A stretch of DNA of 64,000 bases, from NCBI GenBank assembly GCA_963748815.1, contig CAVVKJ010000010.1, positions 992,001-1,056,000 of the forward strand, in the 5' to 3' direction. Source of the stretch: an uncultured Gemmatimonadales bacterium (GTDB taxonomy: Bacteria; Gemmatimonadota; Gemmatimonadetes; Gemmatimonadales; GWC2-71-9). The notes under the pieces are model-generated. The model did not search any database. It was not told the origin of the DNA and worked only from the letters and a program-made list of their open reading frames with translations. Below are positions 1 to 10,020 of this stretch, in pieces (the stretch's first letter is position 1; every line of letters begins with the position of its first letter). Made by a program: the position numbers and the translations under genes.

Positions 1-290
1 GCGGCGGGAGAACCCTGATCCTCGGCGCGAAGCGCCGAGAGCGCCTCCACCGTGTATTTCTGCTTCAGGAAGGCGTAGTCGCCGTCGCTGAGCTTGCCGG
101 TCTCCCGGTCGAACTCGATTTCCTTGAGCGCCGCGAGCGCGACCCCGCTCCGGGTGTCCTCAAGGTCCTCCAGCGCGTCGAGGTCGATGACATCCACCGG
201 CCGCGCGCCGTGCGCGGTAAACACCGGCTCGAACACCAGCCAGAGGAGCGACAGTCCCACGAAGGCGGCAGCCACCGCTTCGATCCACAT
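1..290 (-). CDS. CcmI/CycH N-terminal-like membrane protein (partial, runs off the window edge)
   Basis: Not in the ORF track. ATG at 290 overlaps the ccmH stop (ATGA). Translation MWIEAVAAAFVGLSLLWLVFEP...ALAALKEIEFDRETGKLSDGDYAFLKQKY has a TM helix plus the 'E.E.D...G.L...Y...K' pattern of CcmI N-termini. Confidence 0.6.
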   Translation of the reverse strand, partial: MWIEAVAAAFVGLSLLWLVFEPVFTAHGARPVDVIDLDALEDLEDTRSGVALAALKEIEFDRETGKLSDGDYAFLKQKYTVEALSALRAEDQGSPA

Positions 291-916
291 CAGTCCTTCA
301 CCTCGGAGAGGGCGCGCTGCAGGCGCTCGAGCTCCTCGGACGTGGCGCCCGAGACGGCGGCGATGTCGATCGCCTCCGTGGGGGCCAGCGAAGGCACCGC
401 GGCAATCTGGCGCTGGCGCCGCAGGATCCACATCGAGAGGATGCCGATGCCGGCCAGCATCAGGAGACCGGGAACGAAGTACCCGGCCAGGTTGAACCCT
501 TCCGCCTTCGGCGCCATGAGCGCCTGCTCGCCGTACTCGCTGACGAAGGCCTCGCGGATCTGGTCCGCGGTCCGGTTGTCGTCCCAGAGGGCCACGATCT
601 CGCGATGGAGCGCCGGGGAGGTGGTGCAGGTGAAGTCGGTGGTCCGGCAGGTGTAGATGTCGAGGTTGCACCCGCACTGGCACTTGAGGGTCTTCTCGAG
701 TTCCATGATCTGGGCGTCGTTGTCGGCGCCGACGGTCGGGGTGCGCTGCTGGACCGCGTTGGGGTTGTAGAGCCGCCCCGCGTCGCCGCTGCCCGGGGCT
801 CCCTGCGCCGCATCCTGCGCGCGAAGCGCCCCCGCCCCAGCGAGCGCGAGCCCGCCGAGCGCCACCTGCCGGAGAAAGTCCCGCCGTTCGCTGCCAGGCG
901 TCGTCATCTCAGGCAT
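290..916 (-). CDS. ccmH: Cytochrome c biogenesis protein CcmH/CcmL family, atypical Cys motif, twin-arginine signal
   Basis: LEKTLKCQCGC...IREAFVSEYGEQALMAP followed by a TM helix; directly downstream of ccmF; N-terminal ERRDFLR. Confidence 0.8.
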   Translation of the reverse strand: MPEMTTPGSERRDFLRQVALGGLALAGAGALRAQDAAQGAPGSGDAGRLYNPNAVQQRTPTVGADNDAQIMELEKTLKCQCGCNLDIYTCRTTDFTCTTSPALHREIVALWDDNRTADQIREAFVSEYGEQALMAPKAEGFNLAGYFVPGLLMLAGIGILSMWILRRQRQIAAVPSLAPTEAIDIAAVSGATSEELERLQRALSEVKD

Positions 917-2939
917 TCTCCGCGCCCACGAGGGTCGCCTCGTAGCCGGCCTGGGTGCGCCGGGTCTCGGCGATCCCGCCGCCGCCGGGCCACATGGTCA
1001 GGATGCCGCCGACCACCAGCACCATCCCGGCAAACCAGACCCACCAGACCAGCGGATTGATGGTGAAGCGGTACACCGCCTCTTCCGTCCCGTTGACCGA
1101 GCCGGCATAGACGATATAGAGGTCCTCCCGCAGGTCGCTCCGGATGCCGACTTCGGTGGACGGCTCGAAGGTGGGGCGGCCGAAGCTGTCCACGTGCTGG
1201 CGCTTTTCGGACTTCATGACGCCGAGCGACTTGCCGTTGTAGTCGACCTGGACGGTGGCGGCCGACACCACGCGATTGAGGGCGTTGTACTGGGACACCC
1301 CGAGGTGGGTCAGCTTGTAGGTGCCGCCGTAGGGGCTCTGCATCTCGATCGATTCACCGGGCTTCAGCGTGGCTTCCTGGTCGACCCGGAAGGCCATCCC
1401 GGTGAAGGCGATGAACATCAGCAGGATGCCGACGTGCACGATGTAGCCGCCGTACCGGCGCCGGTTGCGGGCGATCAGGTTGAAGAAGGCGGTCGGGATC
1501 GACTCGCCGTGCATCCGGCGGCGGGCCCGGATGCCGCGGTAGAACTCCTGCACCACCGTCCCCATGACGAACGCGCCCAGGGCGACGGTCATGATCGGAT
1601 AGACGTCCCGCATGCCGTCGACGACCAGCGCGAGCGCCGTCACCAGCCCCACCGACACCGGGAAGATGAATTGCCGCTGCAGGTTCCGGGCGGACGCCTT
1701 GCGCCACGCGATCAACGGGCCGATGCCGGTGAGCGCCAGCAGGAAGAGCCCCAGCGGAATATTGACCCGGTTGAAGAAGGGGGGACCCACCGTGATCTTG
1801 GTGCCCCGCACCGCTTCCGAGAGGATCGGGAAGAGCGTGCCCCAGAGCACCGAGAAGGCGATGCCGACCAGCGCCAGGTTGTTGAAGAGGAACGCCGCCT
1901 CGCGGCTCAGCATCGACTCCAGCTTGGCGTCGGGCTCGAGCTCGTCCCACCGGGTGTAGAGCATCGTGAAGCTGAGGACGCCGGCCACCAGCAGGAACGC
2001 GAGGAAGAAGTAGCCGACGTTGGATTGCGTGAAGCTGTGCACGCTGGCAATGACGCCGGACCGGGTGATGAAGGTGCCGAAAATGCTGAGGAGGAAGGTC
2101 GCCACGATGAGCGAAAGGTTCCACCGCTTGAGCATGCCCCGCTTTTCCTGGATCATCACGGAATGCAGGAACGCCGTCATCGTCAGCCACGGCAAGAAGC
2201 TGGCGTTTTCGACCGGGTCCCACGCCCAGTAGCCGCCCCAGCCGAGCTCGACGTACGCCCACCACATGCCGAGGACGATGCCGATCGACAGGAAGACCCA
2301 CGAGACGAGGGTCCACTTCCGGATGGCGACGATCCACCCGCTGTCCAGCCGGCGCCGCAGGAGCGCGGCGATGGCGAACGCGAACGGAATGGTGACGCTG
2401 ATGTACCCGAGATAGAGCATCGGCGGGTGCATGACCATGCCGATGTTCTGGAGCTGCGGGTTGAGCCCGCGGCCGTCCTCGGGAATGAACGCCAGCCGCT
2501 CGAACGGGTTGGCGGCAAAGAGCATCACGATGACGAAGAACACCACCACGATGTTGGTGACGCCCGCCACGTAGGGGAGCAGGTCGGCGTAGCGACGCGA
2601 GGTGATCCACTGGGCCACGGCGGAGAACGACGCCAGCACGACCGCCCAGAAGAGGAGCGACCCCTTCTGCCCGGCCCAGAAGGCCGACACGATGTAATAG
2701 GTGGGCAGGTTCCGGGAAGTGTAGGCCGCCACGTACTCGATGTTGAAGTCGTGGGCGAAGAGTCCCTTCCACAGCGACAGCGCCGCCACCAGGAGCGCGG
2801 CCGCGAGCGCGTAGGACGACCGGATGACGGTCCGTTCAAGGTCGGGGCGGTCCTGCCACTTGCCCGAAAAGGAGAGGACCGCGCCGAAGGTACCGATCAG
2901 GAATGCGACCCACAGCGAGAATTGCCCGAGGAGTGTCAT
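909..2939 (-). CDS. ccmF: Heme lyase CcmF/NrfE family
   Basis: WGGYWAWDPVENASF (WWD motif), GLNPQLQ..MVMHPP, ITRSGVIASVHSF, many TM helices; 676 aa. Confidence 0.97.
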   Translation of the reverse strand: MTLLGQFSLWVAFLIGTFGAVLSFSGKWQDRPDLERTVIRSSYALAAALLVAALSLWKGLFAHDFNIEYVAAYTSRNLPTYYIVSAFWAGQKGSLLFWAVVLASFSAVAQWITSRRYADLLPYVAGVTNIVVVFFVIVMLFAANPFERLAFIPEDGRGLNPQLQNIGMVMHPPMLYLGYISVTIPFAFAIAALLRRRLDSGWIVAIRKWTLVSWVFLSIGIVLGMWWAYVELGWGGYWAWDPVENASFLPWLTMTAFLHSVMIQEKRGMLKRWNLSLIVATFLLSIFGTFITRSGVIASVHSFTQSNVGYFFLAFLLVAGVLSFTMLYTRWDELEPDAKLESMLSREAAFLFNNLALVGIAFSVLWGTLFPILSEAVRGTKITVGPPFFNRVNIPLGLFLLALTGIGPLIAWRKASARNLQRQFIFPVSVGLVTALALVVDGMRDVYPIMTVALGAFVMGTVVQEFYRGIRARRRMHGESIPTAFFNLIARNRRRYGGYIVHVGILLMFIAFTGMAFRVDQEATLKPGESIEMQSPYGGTYKLTHLGVSQYNALNRVVSAATVQVDYNGKSLGVMKSEKRQHVDSFGRPTFEPSTEVGIRSDLREDLYIVYAGSVNGTEEAVYRFTINPLVWWVWFAGMVLVVGGILTMWPGGGGIAETRRTQAGYEATLVGAENA

Positions 2940-2945
2940 CGGGCG

Positions 2946-3365
2946 TCAGGCTGCGGGTGCTTCAGGCGTGGCCTCATAGCGCGAACCGCACTTGGCCAGC
3001 ACGTCGGTGGCGTGGAACACGCCATCGGCGCCGAGACGTCCCTCGACCACCACTTCGATGTCACTGGCGTCGGTGAAGGTGTCCGGCACGAGGCCCCGGT
3101 AGGTCACCGGGTAGACCTGCGTGCCGTCGGTCACCTGGAAGTCCACCGTCTGGGTGGCGGCGTCGCGCACGACCGACCCCGGCACCACGCGGGCGCCCAT
3201 CTTTACGCCGACGTTGTGGAAGGTGGGATCCGCGGAGGCCTTGGAGGCCAGCTCCGTCGGGGTGAGGAAGTAGACGCCCGTCTCCTTGACCCCCTGGAAC
3301 ATCAGGAGCCCGACGCTGCCGACGATCAGCACGGCGCCGAAGAGGAACTTGTGGCCAGGCTTCAT
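2946..3365 (-). CDS. ccmE: Heme chaperone CcmE, CxxxY variant
   Basis: N-terminal TM, YFLTPTEL, Y.G.VPDTF, VVEG, and LAKCGSRY in place of LAKHDExY. Start taken as ATG 3365. Confidence 0.93.
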   Translation of the reverse strand: MKPGHKFLFGAVLIVGSVGLLMFQGVKETGVYFLTPTELASKASADPTFHNVGVKMGARVVPGSVVRDAATQTVDFQVTDGTQVYPVTYRGLVPDTFTDASDIEVVVEGRLGADGVFHATDVLAKCGSRYEATPEAPAA

Positions 3366-3482
3366 GGTCCCGCTCCCTGCGAATAGTTGGATTCCGACTG
3401 GACTCCTCAACAATCGGCGGGCGGCCCCGCGGGAGCAAGCCCCGAACGGCCGCCTAAGGACTTCTTCACGCCGGCTTTACCC

Positions 3483-4286
3483 TCACTGCCCCGAGGTGGC
3501 CGCCTGCTGGAAATCGGTCATCATGCGCTCGTGGTCGCCGTACTCGGACCGCCCCTTCTTCATCTCTGCATCGTAATGTGACAGGAACGCCTTGTAGGCC
3601 TTCTGCAAGGCAGCATCGTCCTTGTTCCAGCGCGCCACCGTGCCCTGGATCACATACCCGAAGAGGTGCCCCGGATCCTTGGCCAGGAGGGTGTCGGCGA
3701 TGGCGCTCGCCCCGGCCACGTCGCCGCCGTGGAGCTTCAGGGTCGCGAGGTGAAACCGGGCGTCGGCATCGACCGCATCGAGCTGCTCGTAGGCCATCAG
3801 CGCCATCGGCGTGAAGGTCGTCACCGTCTGCTGGTCACCCGACTCCGAGGCCCGCATGATCCGGTTGTAGAGGGCGTCGAATCGTTGCCGCGGGGTCATG
3901 TTGCTGATGTCAGGCGGCGTGCCGCCGCCTGCCCCGCCCGCGAAGGGAGCCGCCGACCCACTCGCGCCGACCGCGCCGGCCGCCTCGGCGGGACCCTGAT
4001 TTCCCTTGACCACCAGCGCGAGGACCGCGACCAGGAGGACGGCCGAGATGGCAGCGGCCATCGCCCAGGCCTTCCGCTCCCCCTGAGGGCTCCCGGCGCC
4101 CCCGGCGCCCGCGCCGGCTCCCGGCACGCTCGGTGTCCCGCACTGGGTGCAGAACTTGGCGCCGGCGGCCAGCGGGGCCTGACAGGAGCTGCAGTTCCGC
4201 GGGCCGAGGCTGGCACCACAGTGACGACAGAACTTCCCTTCGGCATCGGCACCGCATGAGGGACAACGGGTGGTCTTGGAGGCCAT
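3483..4286 (-). CDS. Double zinc-ribbon membrane protein with C-terminal helical/TPR-like region
   Basis: CPSCG, CRHCG, CSSCQ, CTQCG; one TM helix; then a helical domain (ARFHLATLKL...LLAKDPGHLFG). Confidence 0.7.
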   Translation of the reverse strand: MASKTTRCPSCGADAEGKFCRHCGASLGPRNCSSCQAPLAAGAKFCTQCGTPSVPGAGAGAGGAGSPQGERKAWAMAAAISAVLLVAVLALVVKGNQGPAEAAGAVGASGSAAPFAGGAGGGTPPDISNMTPRQRFDALYNRIMRASESGDQQTVTTFTPMALMAYEQLDAVDADARFHLATLKLHGGDVAGASAIADTLLAKDPGHLFGYVIQGTVARWNKDDAALQKAYKAFLSHYDAEMKKGRSEYGDHERMMTDFQQAATSGQ

Positions 4287-4376
4287 CGGGCAGAATCCAT
4301 GGTATGAGGGTGGAAGGCGGTCGGCACCAATCTAGCCAGACCGCCGCAATTGCGGGACCGGAATACTACTGATGGG

Positions 4377-5436
4377 TCAGCAGATGCGGGGGAGCTGGTC
4401 TCCCGGCAGCATATCGACGATGCGGGTGCCCCCGAGCCCCGTCCGGAGGACCACCATCCCCGGGTGTTCGGCGACCGCCGTCCCGGCGATGACCGCCTGC
4501 GCGCCGAGCGGGTGGCTGCGGAGCGCCGTGAGGGCGGCGTCCGCCGCAGCCTGGCTCGACGAACGCCACGAGCACCCCCTCATTCGCCACGTACATCACG
4601 TCCAGGCCGAGGAGATCGCAGACCGAGGCGACCGGCCCGGGGACGGGGAGGACGCCGTCCTCCAGCACCACGCCGACCTTCGAGGCGGCGGCAATTTCAT
4701 TCAGGGCGCTGGCCAGTCCACCCCGGGTCGGATCGCGCAGCACGTGGACCGACGACCCCACCGACACGCGGAGCAACTCCACGAGCGGCAGGAGGGTGGC
4801 GGCATCGCTCTCGATGGCGGCCTCGAAGGCAATCCCCTCGCGGGCTGCCATGATTGCCGTACCATGCGAACCGATCGGCCCGCTTACGAGCACGGCGTCC
4901 CCGGCACGCGCGCGGTCGGGACCGGGCCGGAAGGAGGGGTGTAACGTTCCGATACCGGTCGTATTGATATAGAGCTGGTCGGCCTTGCCCCGTTCCACGA
5001 CCTTGGTGTCTCCCGACACCACCGGGACCCCTGCCGCCCCTGCCGCCGCGGCCATCGAGGCGAGCACCCGATCGAGGAGGGCAAGGTCGAGACCCTCTTC
5101 CAGCACGAAGCCGACCGTCAGGCAGACGGGCCTCGCCCCGACCATGGCGAGGTCGTTCAGGGTGCCATGCACCGACAACGATCCGATGTTGCCGCCGGGA
5201 AACTCGACCGGGCTCACCACGAACGTGTCCGTGGAGACGGCGACCTGCTGCCCGTTGAGGTTGAGGACCGCCGCGTCGCCCAGTTGCTCGAGGATCGGGT
5301 TGCGGAGGTGCGGAAGAAAGCGCTCCTGCAGCAGCGCCGCGCTGAGCTTGCCGCCGGAACCGTGCCCGAGCTGGACGCGGTCGGTGGCCACGATGGGCAC
5401 CGGACAGGCGGGACCGCTCCCGATGGTGATGGTCAT
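4377..5436 (-). CDS. hypE: Hydrogenase maturation protein HypE (+1 frameshift near 4551)
   Basis: LGHGSGGK, STDTFVV, SGDTKVV, RDPTRGG, YVANEG. The conserved C-terminus GDQLPRIC lies in the adjacent frame (4377..4583). Confidence 0.95.
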
Positions 5437-5437
5437 T

Positions 5438-6547
5438 TCATCCCCCCGGGGCAACGGCCGCCCGATGGCGTCCGAAATTGTAGTACGCGGCGCACGCCCC
5501 TTCCGAGGAGACCATCGGGGCCCCGAGGGGACGCTCTGGGGTGCAAAGTGTGCCGAACGCCGGACACTCGTACGGCTTCAGCGTGCCGCGAAGCACTTCG
5601 CCGGCCCGGCACTCCGCCGGCTCGTCCACCTCGATGTCCTCCAGCCCGAACCGCAGCTCGGCGTCGAAGTCCGAGAACTCGGGCCGCAGGACCAGCCCGC
5701 TCTTCGGGATGGTGCCGACGCCGCGCCATTTCCGGTCGGCCAGCTCGAAGACCTGGCGCACCAGGTCCTGCGCCGGCGGCGTCCCGATCCGGCGGACGGC
5801 GCGGACATACTGGTTCTCCACCTCGTGCCGCCCCTCCTCGAGCTGGCGCACCGCGAGGGCAATCCCTTCCAGGATGTCGACCGGCTCGAACCCGGTGACG
5901 ACGATCGGCACCTTGAACCGCGCGGCGATGGGCTCGTACTCCTTCCATCCCATCACGCTGCAGACGTGACCCGCCGCCAGGAAGCCCTGCACCCGGTTCT
6001 CGGGGGAATCGAGGATGGCCACCATCGCGGGGGGCACCGTCACGTGCGACACGAGCACGCTGAAGTTGGGCACCCCGAGCTCCTTCGCGCGGAACACCGC
6101 CATGGCGTTGGCCGGCGCCGTCGTCTCGAAGCCCACCGCGAAGAACACCACCTGCTTGTCGGGATGCTTGACGGCCAGCTCGAGGGCGTCGAGGGGGGAG
6201 TACACCACCCGCACATTCCCGCCCCGCGCCCGGACCTGCTGGAGATCGCACTCGCTGCCGGGGACGCGGAGCATGTCGCCGAAGGAGGTGAACAGCACGT
6301 CGGGCCGCGCCGCGAGGGTCAGCGCCTTGTCGATTTGCTCCAGCGACGTGACGCAGACCGGGCAGCCGGGGCCGTGAATCATCTCGACGGCCGGGGCGAG
6401 AATTTCATCGAGCCCCTGCTTGACGATGGTATGGGTCTGGCCGCCGCACACCTCCATCAGGACCCAGCGCCGCGTGGCGGAATCGAGAATCTGGCGGACG
6501 AGGGCCCGCGCCAGGGCGGGATCCCGGTACTCGTTGAGGTATCTCAT
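5438..6547 (-). CDS. hypD: Hydrogenase maturation protein HypD
   Basis: [37 protein letters not shown]. Confidence 0.98.
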   Translation of the reverse strand: MRYLNEYRDPALARALVRQILDSATRRWVLMEVCGGQTHTIVKQGLDEILAPAVEMIHGPGCPVCVTSLEQIDKALTLAARPDVLFTSFGDMLRVPGSECDLQQVRARGGNVRVVYSPLDALELAVKHPDKQVVFFAVGFETTAPANAMAVFRAKELGVPNFSVLVSHVTVPPAMVAILDSPENRVQGFLAAGHVCSVMGWKEYEPIAARFKVPIVVTGFEPVDILEGIALAVRQLEEGRHEVENQYVRAVRRIGTPPAQDLVRQVFELADRKWRGVGTIPKSGLVLRPEFSDFDAELRFGLEDIEVDEPAECRAGEVLRGTLKPYECPAFGTLCTPERPLGAPMVSSEGACAAYYNFGRHRAAVAPGG

Positions 6548-6798
6548 GGCGCCGCTCCCAGCTCCCCCTCGAGGAGGCTCATCTCGCGGAGCATTTCGTA
6601 CGTCCGCTTCGCTTCCTCCTCGTCCACGCGGGAAATCGCGAAGCCGACATGAACCACCACGTAGTCCCCCGCCTTCACCTCATCGGCCACGTAGGCCAGG
6701 CAGACGTCGCGGCGCACGCCCCCGAAGTCCACGGTGCCCATCGGCAGGCCGCGATCGCCGCGGATGTCCACGATCTGTCCAGGTATGCCGAGACACAT
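6544..6798 (-). CDS. hypC: Hydrogenase maturation chaperone HypC
   Basis: MCLGIPG...[13 protein letters not shown]. Confidence 0.98.
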   Translation of the reverse strand: MCLGIPGQIVDIRGDRGLPMGTVDFGGVRRDVCLAYVADEVKAGDYVVVHVGFAISRVDEEEAKRTYEMLREMSLLEGELGAAP

Positions 6799-6824
6799 GG
6801 AACGCCTCCTTCAGGTTCAGTCGG

Positions 6825-9111
6825 TCAACGCGCCAGCCGGGCGGCAGCCACCGCGGCCTGTCCAAAGCTGATGCCACCATCATTGGGGCTGAGGCGTCGC
6901 GGCCAGAGCACCGTCATCCCGAATCCCTGCAGCCGGCCCACGAGGGAGGTCAGCAGCCGCGCGTTCTGGAAGGTACCGCCGCCCAGGGTGACGGTGCGGA
7001 TGCCACTCTCCTCTGACACTCGTCGGATCACTTCGGCGGCGGCCCACGCGACGCTGGCGTGAAAATCGGCCGCGAGGTCGGCGATGTCGTCGCCGCGCTG
7101 ACGCCGTGAGCCAAGCACCGCCAGGAGATGCAAAGGATCGATGACCCAGGCCCCCTCGTCGGAGCGCTCCAGTCCCACCCGGATTTCGGAGGCGACCCGC
7201 CGCCCGGCGAGCGATTCAAGTTCCATCGCGGCCTGCCCCTCGTAGTCCGCCTTGAGGCGCAGCCCGAGCACGGCGGCCGCCGCATCGAAGAGCCGGCCCA
7301 TCGACGAGGCCCACGGCGCGTTGACGCCGCGGGTCGCCTGCAGCTCAGCCACCGCGCGTTCCGCCTCCTGGATGCCGTCGAGCGCCAGGGTGAACGCCGG
7401 CCCGAGGTGCGGATCGAGCATCAGGTAGCCGAGGGCGGCGCGCCAGGGGTTGCGGGCCGCGAGGTCGCCGCCCGGAAGCGGGGCAGGGCGCAGGTGGCCG
7501 ACGCGACGGAAGCCGAGCAGGTCGGCCTGCAGCACTTCCCCGCCCCAGACACCGCCATCGGCCCCGTAGCCCACGCCGTCGAAGGCGAGCGCGAGGACCG
7601 GGTCGGTGCGTCCGTGCTCCGCCATGACGGCGGCGGCGTGCGCGTGGTGGTGCTGGACCGGTTCGAGGACCCGAAGTCCCATTTCCTGCGCAATGCGGGT
7701 CGAGAAATATCCCGGATGCAGATCGTGGACGACGGCCTCGGGCGCCAGGCGGAAGAGCGCCTGGAACCGGGCGAGCGCCGACCGAAAGTGTTCGAGCGTC
7801 TCCAGGTTCTCGAGATCGCCGATGTGCTGACTGACCCAGGCCCGCGAGCCGTGCACGAGGGTGAAGGTGTTCTTCAGGTGCGGCCCGACCGCCAGGAACG
7901 GCAACGGGCTCGCGACCGGCAGGTCGAGGGGGAGGGGCGCGTACCCGCGCGCACGCCGCAACAGGATCGGGCCGATCTCGGTGGACCGCACGACCGAATC
8001 GTCGTACCGGGCCACGATCTCGCGGTCGTGGAGGAGAAAGCCGTCGGCGATCCCCTCCAGCCGGGCCAGCGCCTCCGCATTGCCGGTGGCGATCGGTTCC
8101 TCGCTCACGTTGCCGCTGGTCATCACGAGCGGGCGCCGCACCCGGTCGAGGAGGAGGTTATGCAGCGGCGTGGTCGGGAGCATGACGCCCACCCACGCGA
8201 GCCCGGGGGCGACGCCCTCTGCCAGCGGATCCCGATCGCCCCGCTCGAGGAGGACGATCGGACGCCTGGGTGAACGGAGCAGGATCGCCTCGTCCCGGCC
8301 CACGACCCCGAGCTTCCCCGCCTCGTCCAGCGTTCGGACCATGACGGCGAGCGGCTTCGCCTCGCGCCGCTTCCGCCGCCGGAGCTGGGCCACCGCCGAG
8401 CTGTTGGTGGCATCCACCGCGAGCTGGAAGCCGCCGACGCCCTTCAGCGCGACGACACCGCCCTTGAACAGTGTCAGCGCCGCCGCGGAGAGCGCCTCCT
8501 CCGACCCGGCGGTGTGGGAAACCCCGTCCGATTGGGCGTACCAGAGGCGCGGACCGCAGGCGGGGCAGCTGTTCGTCTCCGAGTGGTGCCGCCGGTCGCC
8601 GGGCGAGTCGTACTCGCGCTGGCAGGCGGCGCACTGCGTGAAGGCCGCCATGCTGGTGCGCGCACGATCGTACGGCATCGATTCGATGACGGTGAAGCGC
8701 GGGCCGCAGTCGGTGCAGGTGATGAACGGGTAGCCGTACCGGCGGTCGGCCGGATCCTTCAATTCTGCCTCGCAGGCCGCGCAGACCGCCACGTCGGGCG
8801 AGACCGGCTGCCGGCGGTCGGGCTGGTCCCGGCTGACCTCGATCGAAAACCCCGAGCAGCCCGTCACGGCGCGTGGCTCGACCGCGATCCGTTCGATCTG
8901 CGCGAGAGGTGGCGCCTCGAGCTCGAGCGCGGCCAGGAACTCCTGCAGCGCACCGGGAGCACCCTCGACCTCGATCAGAACTTCCCCGGAGGCGTTGAGG
9001 ACCCAGCCGTCGAGTTGGTGGCGCACGGCCAGCCGATGCACAAAGGGGCGGAAACCCACCCCCTGTACAACGCCAGTGACTCGGACGCGCGCGCCCCTCC
9101 CGGTCGTTCAG
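6825..9111 (-). CDS. hypF: Carbamoyltransferase HypF (probable CTG start with a +1 frameshift at 9094-9097)
   Basis: Acylphosphatase motif RVTGVVQGVGFRPFV, zinc fingers C..C/CTDCGPR, KGVGGF, QHHHAH, NDGGISFGQ. The motif extends upstream of the GTG at 9059. Confidence 0.95.
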
Positions 9112-9779
9112 ACCGATACGGGGCGCCGCGCCAGCTGCCGGAGAAAGTTGAACCACGTGTCGAGCCCCTCACCGGTAAGGGCGGAGGTCCGGAAGAACTC
9201 CAGCTCCGGATTCACCTCGCGCGCGAAGCCCAGCGCCTGCTCCACGTCGAACGGCACGTACGGGAGCAGGTCGACCTTGGTCAGGACGGCGTACCGGGCC
9301 TGCCGGAACACCTTGGGATACTTGAGCGGCTTGTCCTCGCCTTCGGTGACCGAGAAGAGCACCACCTTGGCGTCCTCCCCGAGGTCCCAGCTCGCGGGGC
9401 ACACCAGGTTGCCGACATTTTCCACGAAGAGCAGGTCGGTGGCGGCCAGGTCGATGGCCTCCAGGGCGGTGTCCACTTGTTTGGCGTCGAGGTGGCAGGC
9501 GCCGCCGGTCACCACCGCCTGCACCAGGCGCGTCGTGTGGCGGGCCAGGCGGTCGGCGTCGTTCTGGGTCTGGACATCGCCGGTGACCACGGCCATCCGG
9601 AGCTCCTCGCCGAGGGCGGCAAGGGTGCGCTCGAGGAGGAGCGTCTTTCCGGAGCCGGGGGAGGAGACGAAGTTGAGCGCTGGCACGCCGGCCGCGGCGA
9701 GCCGCGCCCGGACCGTCTCGGCGATCTCGTTGTTGCGAGCCATGACCGGCTCTCGGAGTTCAATGGTCCTGACGGTCAT
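9108..9779 (-). CDS. hypB: Nickel-insertion GTPase HypB
   Basis: SSPGSGKT, GACHLDA, ENVGNLVCPA, EGEDKPLKYP, TKVD. Confidence 0.97.
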   Translation of the reverse strand: MTVRTIELREPVMARNNEIAETVRARLAAAGVPALNFVSSPGSGKTLLLERTLAALGEELRMAVVTGDVQTQNDADRLARHTTRLVQAVVTGGACHLDAKQVDTALEAIDLAATDLLFVENVGNLVCPASWDLGEDAKVVLFSVTEGEDKPLKYPKVFRQARYAVLTKVDLLPYVPFDVEQALGFAREVNPELEFFRTSALTGEGLDTWFNFLRQLARRPVSV

Positions 9780-10020
9780 CGTCCAGCTCCAGGTAAGTGA
9801 CGCGGAGGACATCGCCCGCGCAGCGAGTCATCTCCGGACGCGCCTTGTGGAACGGCGGCGCCGCGAGGAGCGCCTCGAGGCAGAAGAGGAGATTGTCGGG
9901 CTCGAGGCCGGAGTCGTCGCCGACATCGAGCCCGACGGTGATGAGCTGCGGAAGTTCTGCCGGGGAGAGCCGCGCCTCCGCCAGGCGGCAGACCTCCACC
10001 GCCACGCTCATTTCATGCAT
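9760..10020 (-). CDS. hypA: Nickel metallochaperone HypA, short form lacking CxxC zinc motifs
   Basis: N-terminal MHEMS, VG..SGLEP..L.FC, C-terminal GDVLRVTYLEL; 86 aa; located before hypB. Confidence 0.85.
   Translation of the reverse strand: MHEMSVAVEVCRLAEARLSPAELPQLITVGLDVGDDSGLEPDNLLFCLEALLAAPPFHKARPEMTRCAGDVLRVTYLELDDDRQDH

Noticed and set aside
1194..3386. Long antisense or alternate-frame ORFs (e.g. 1194..3386, 11234..13255, 30713..33199, 37697..40585, 45510..48698)
   Set aside because: Shadows of clear genes in high-GC DNA; no recognisable motifs.
4366..5454. hypE (and hypF) as pseudogenes
   Set aside because: All motifs are intact across a single extra base, matching the window-wide error pattern.
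9060..9110. hypB TGA in frame with hypF, suggesting selenocysteine or a read-through fusion
   Set aside because: The position is not a conserved Cys and no SECIS-like hairpin was recognised; a CTG start plus one extra G is simpler.
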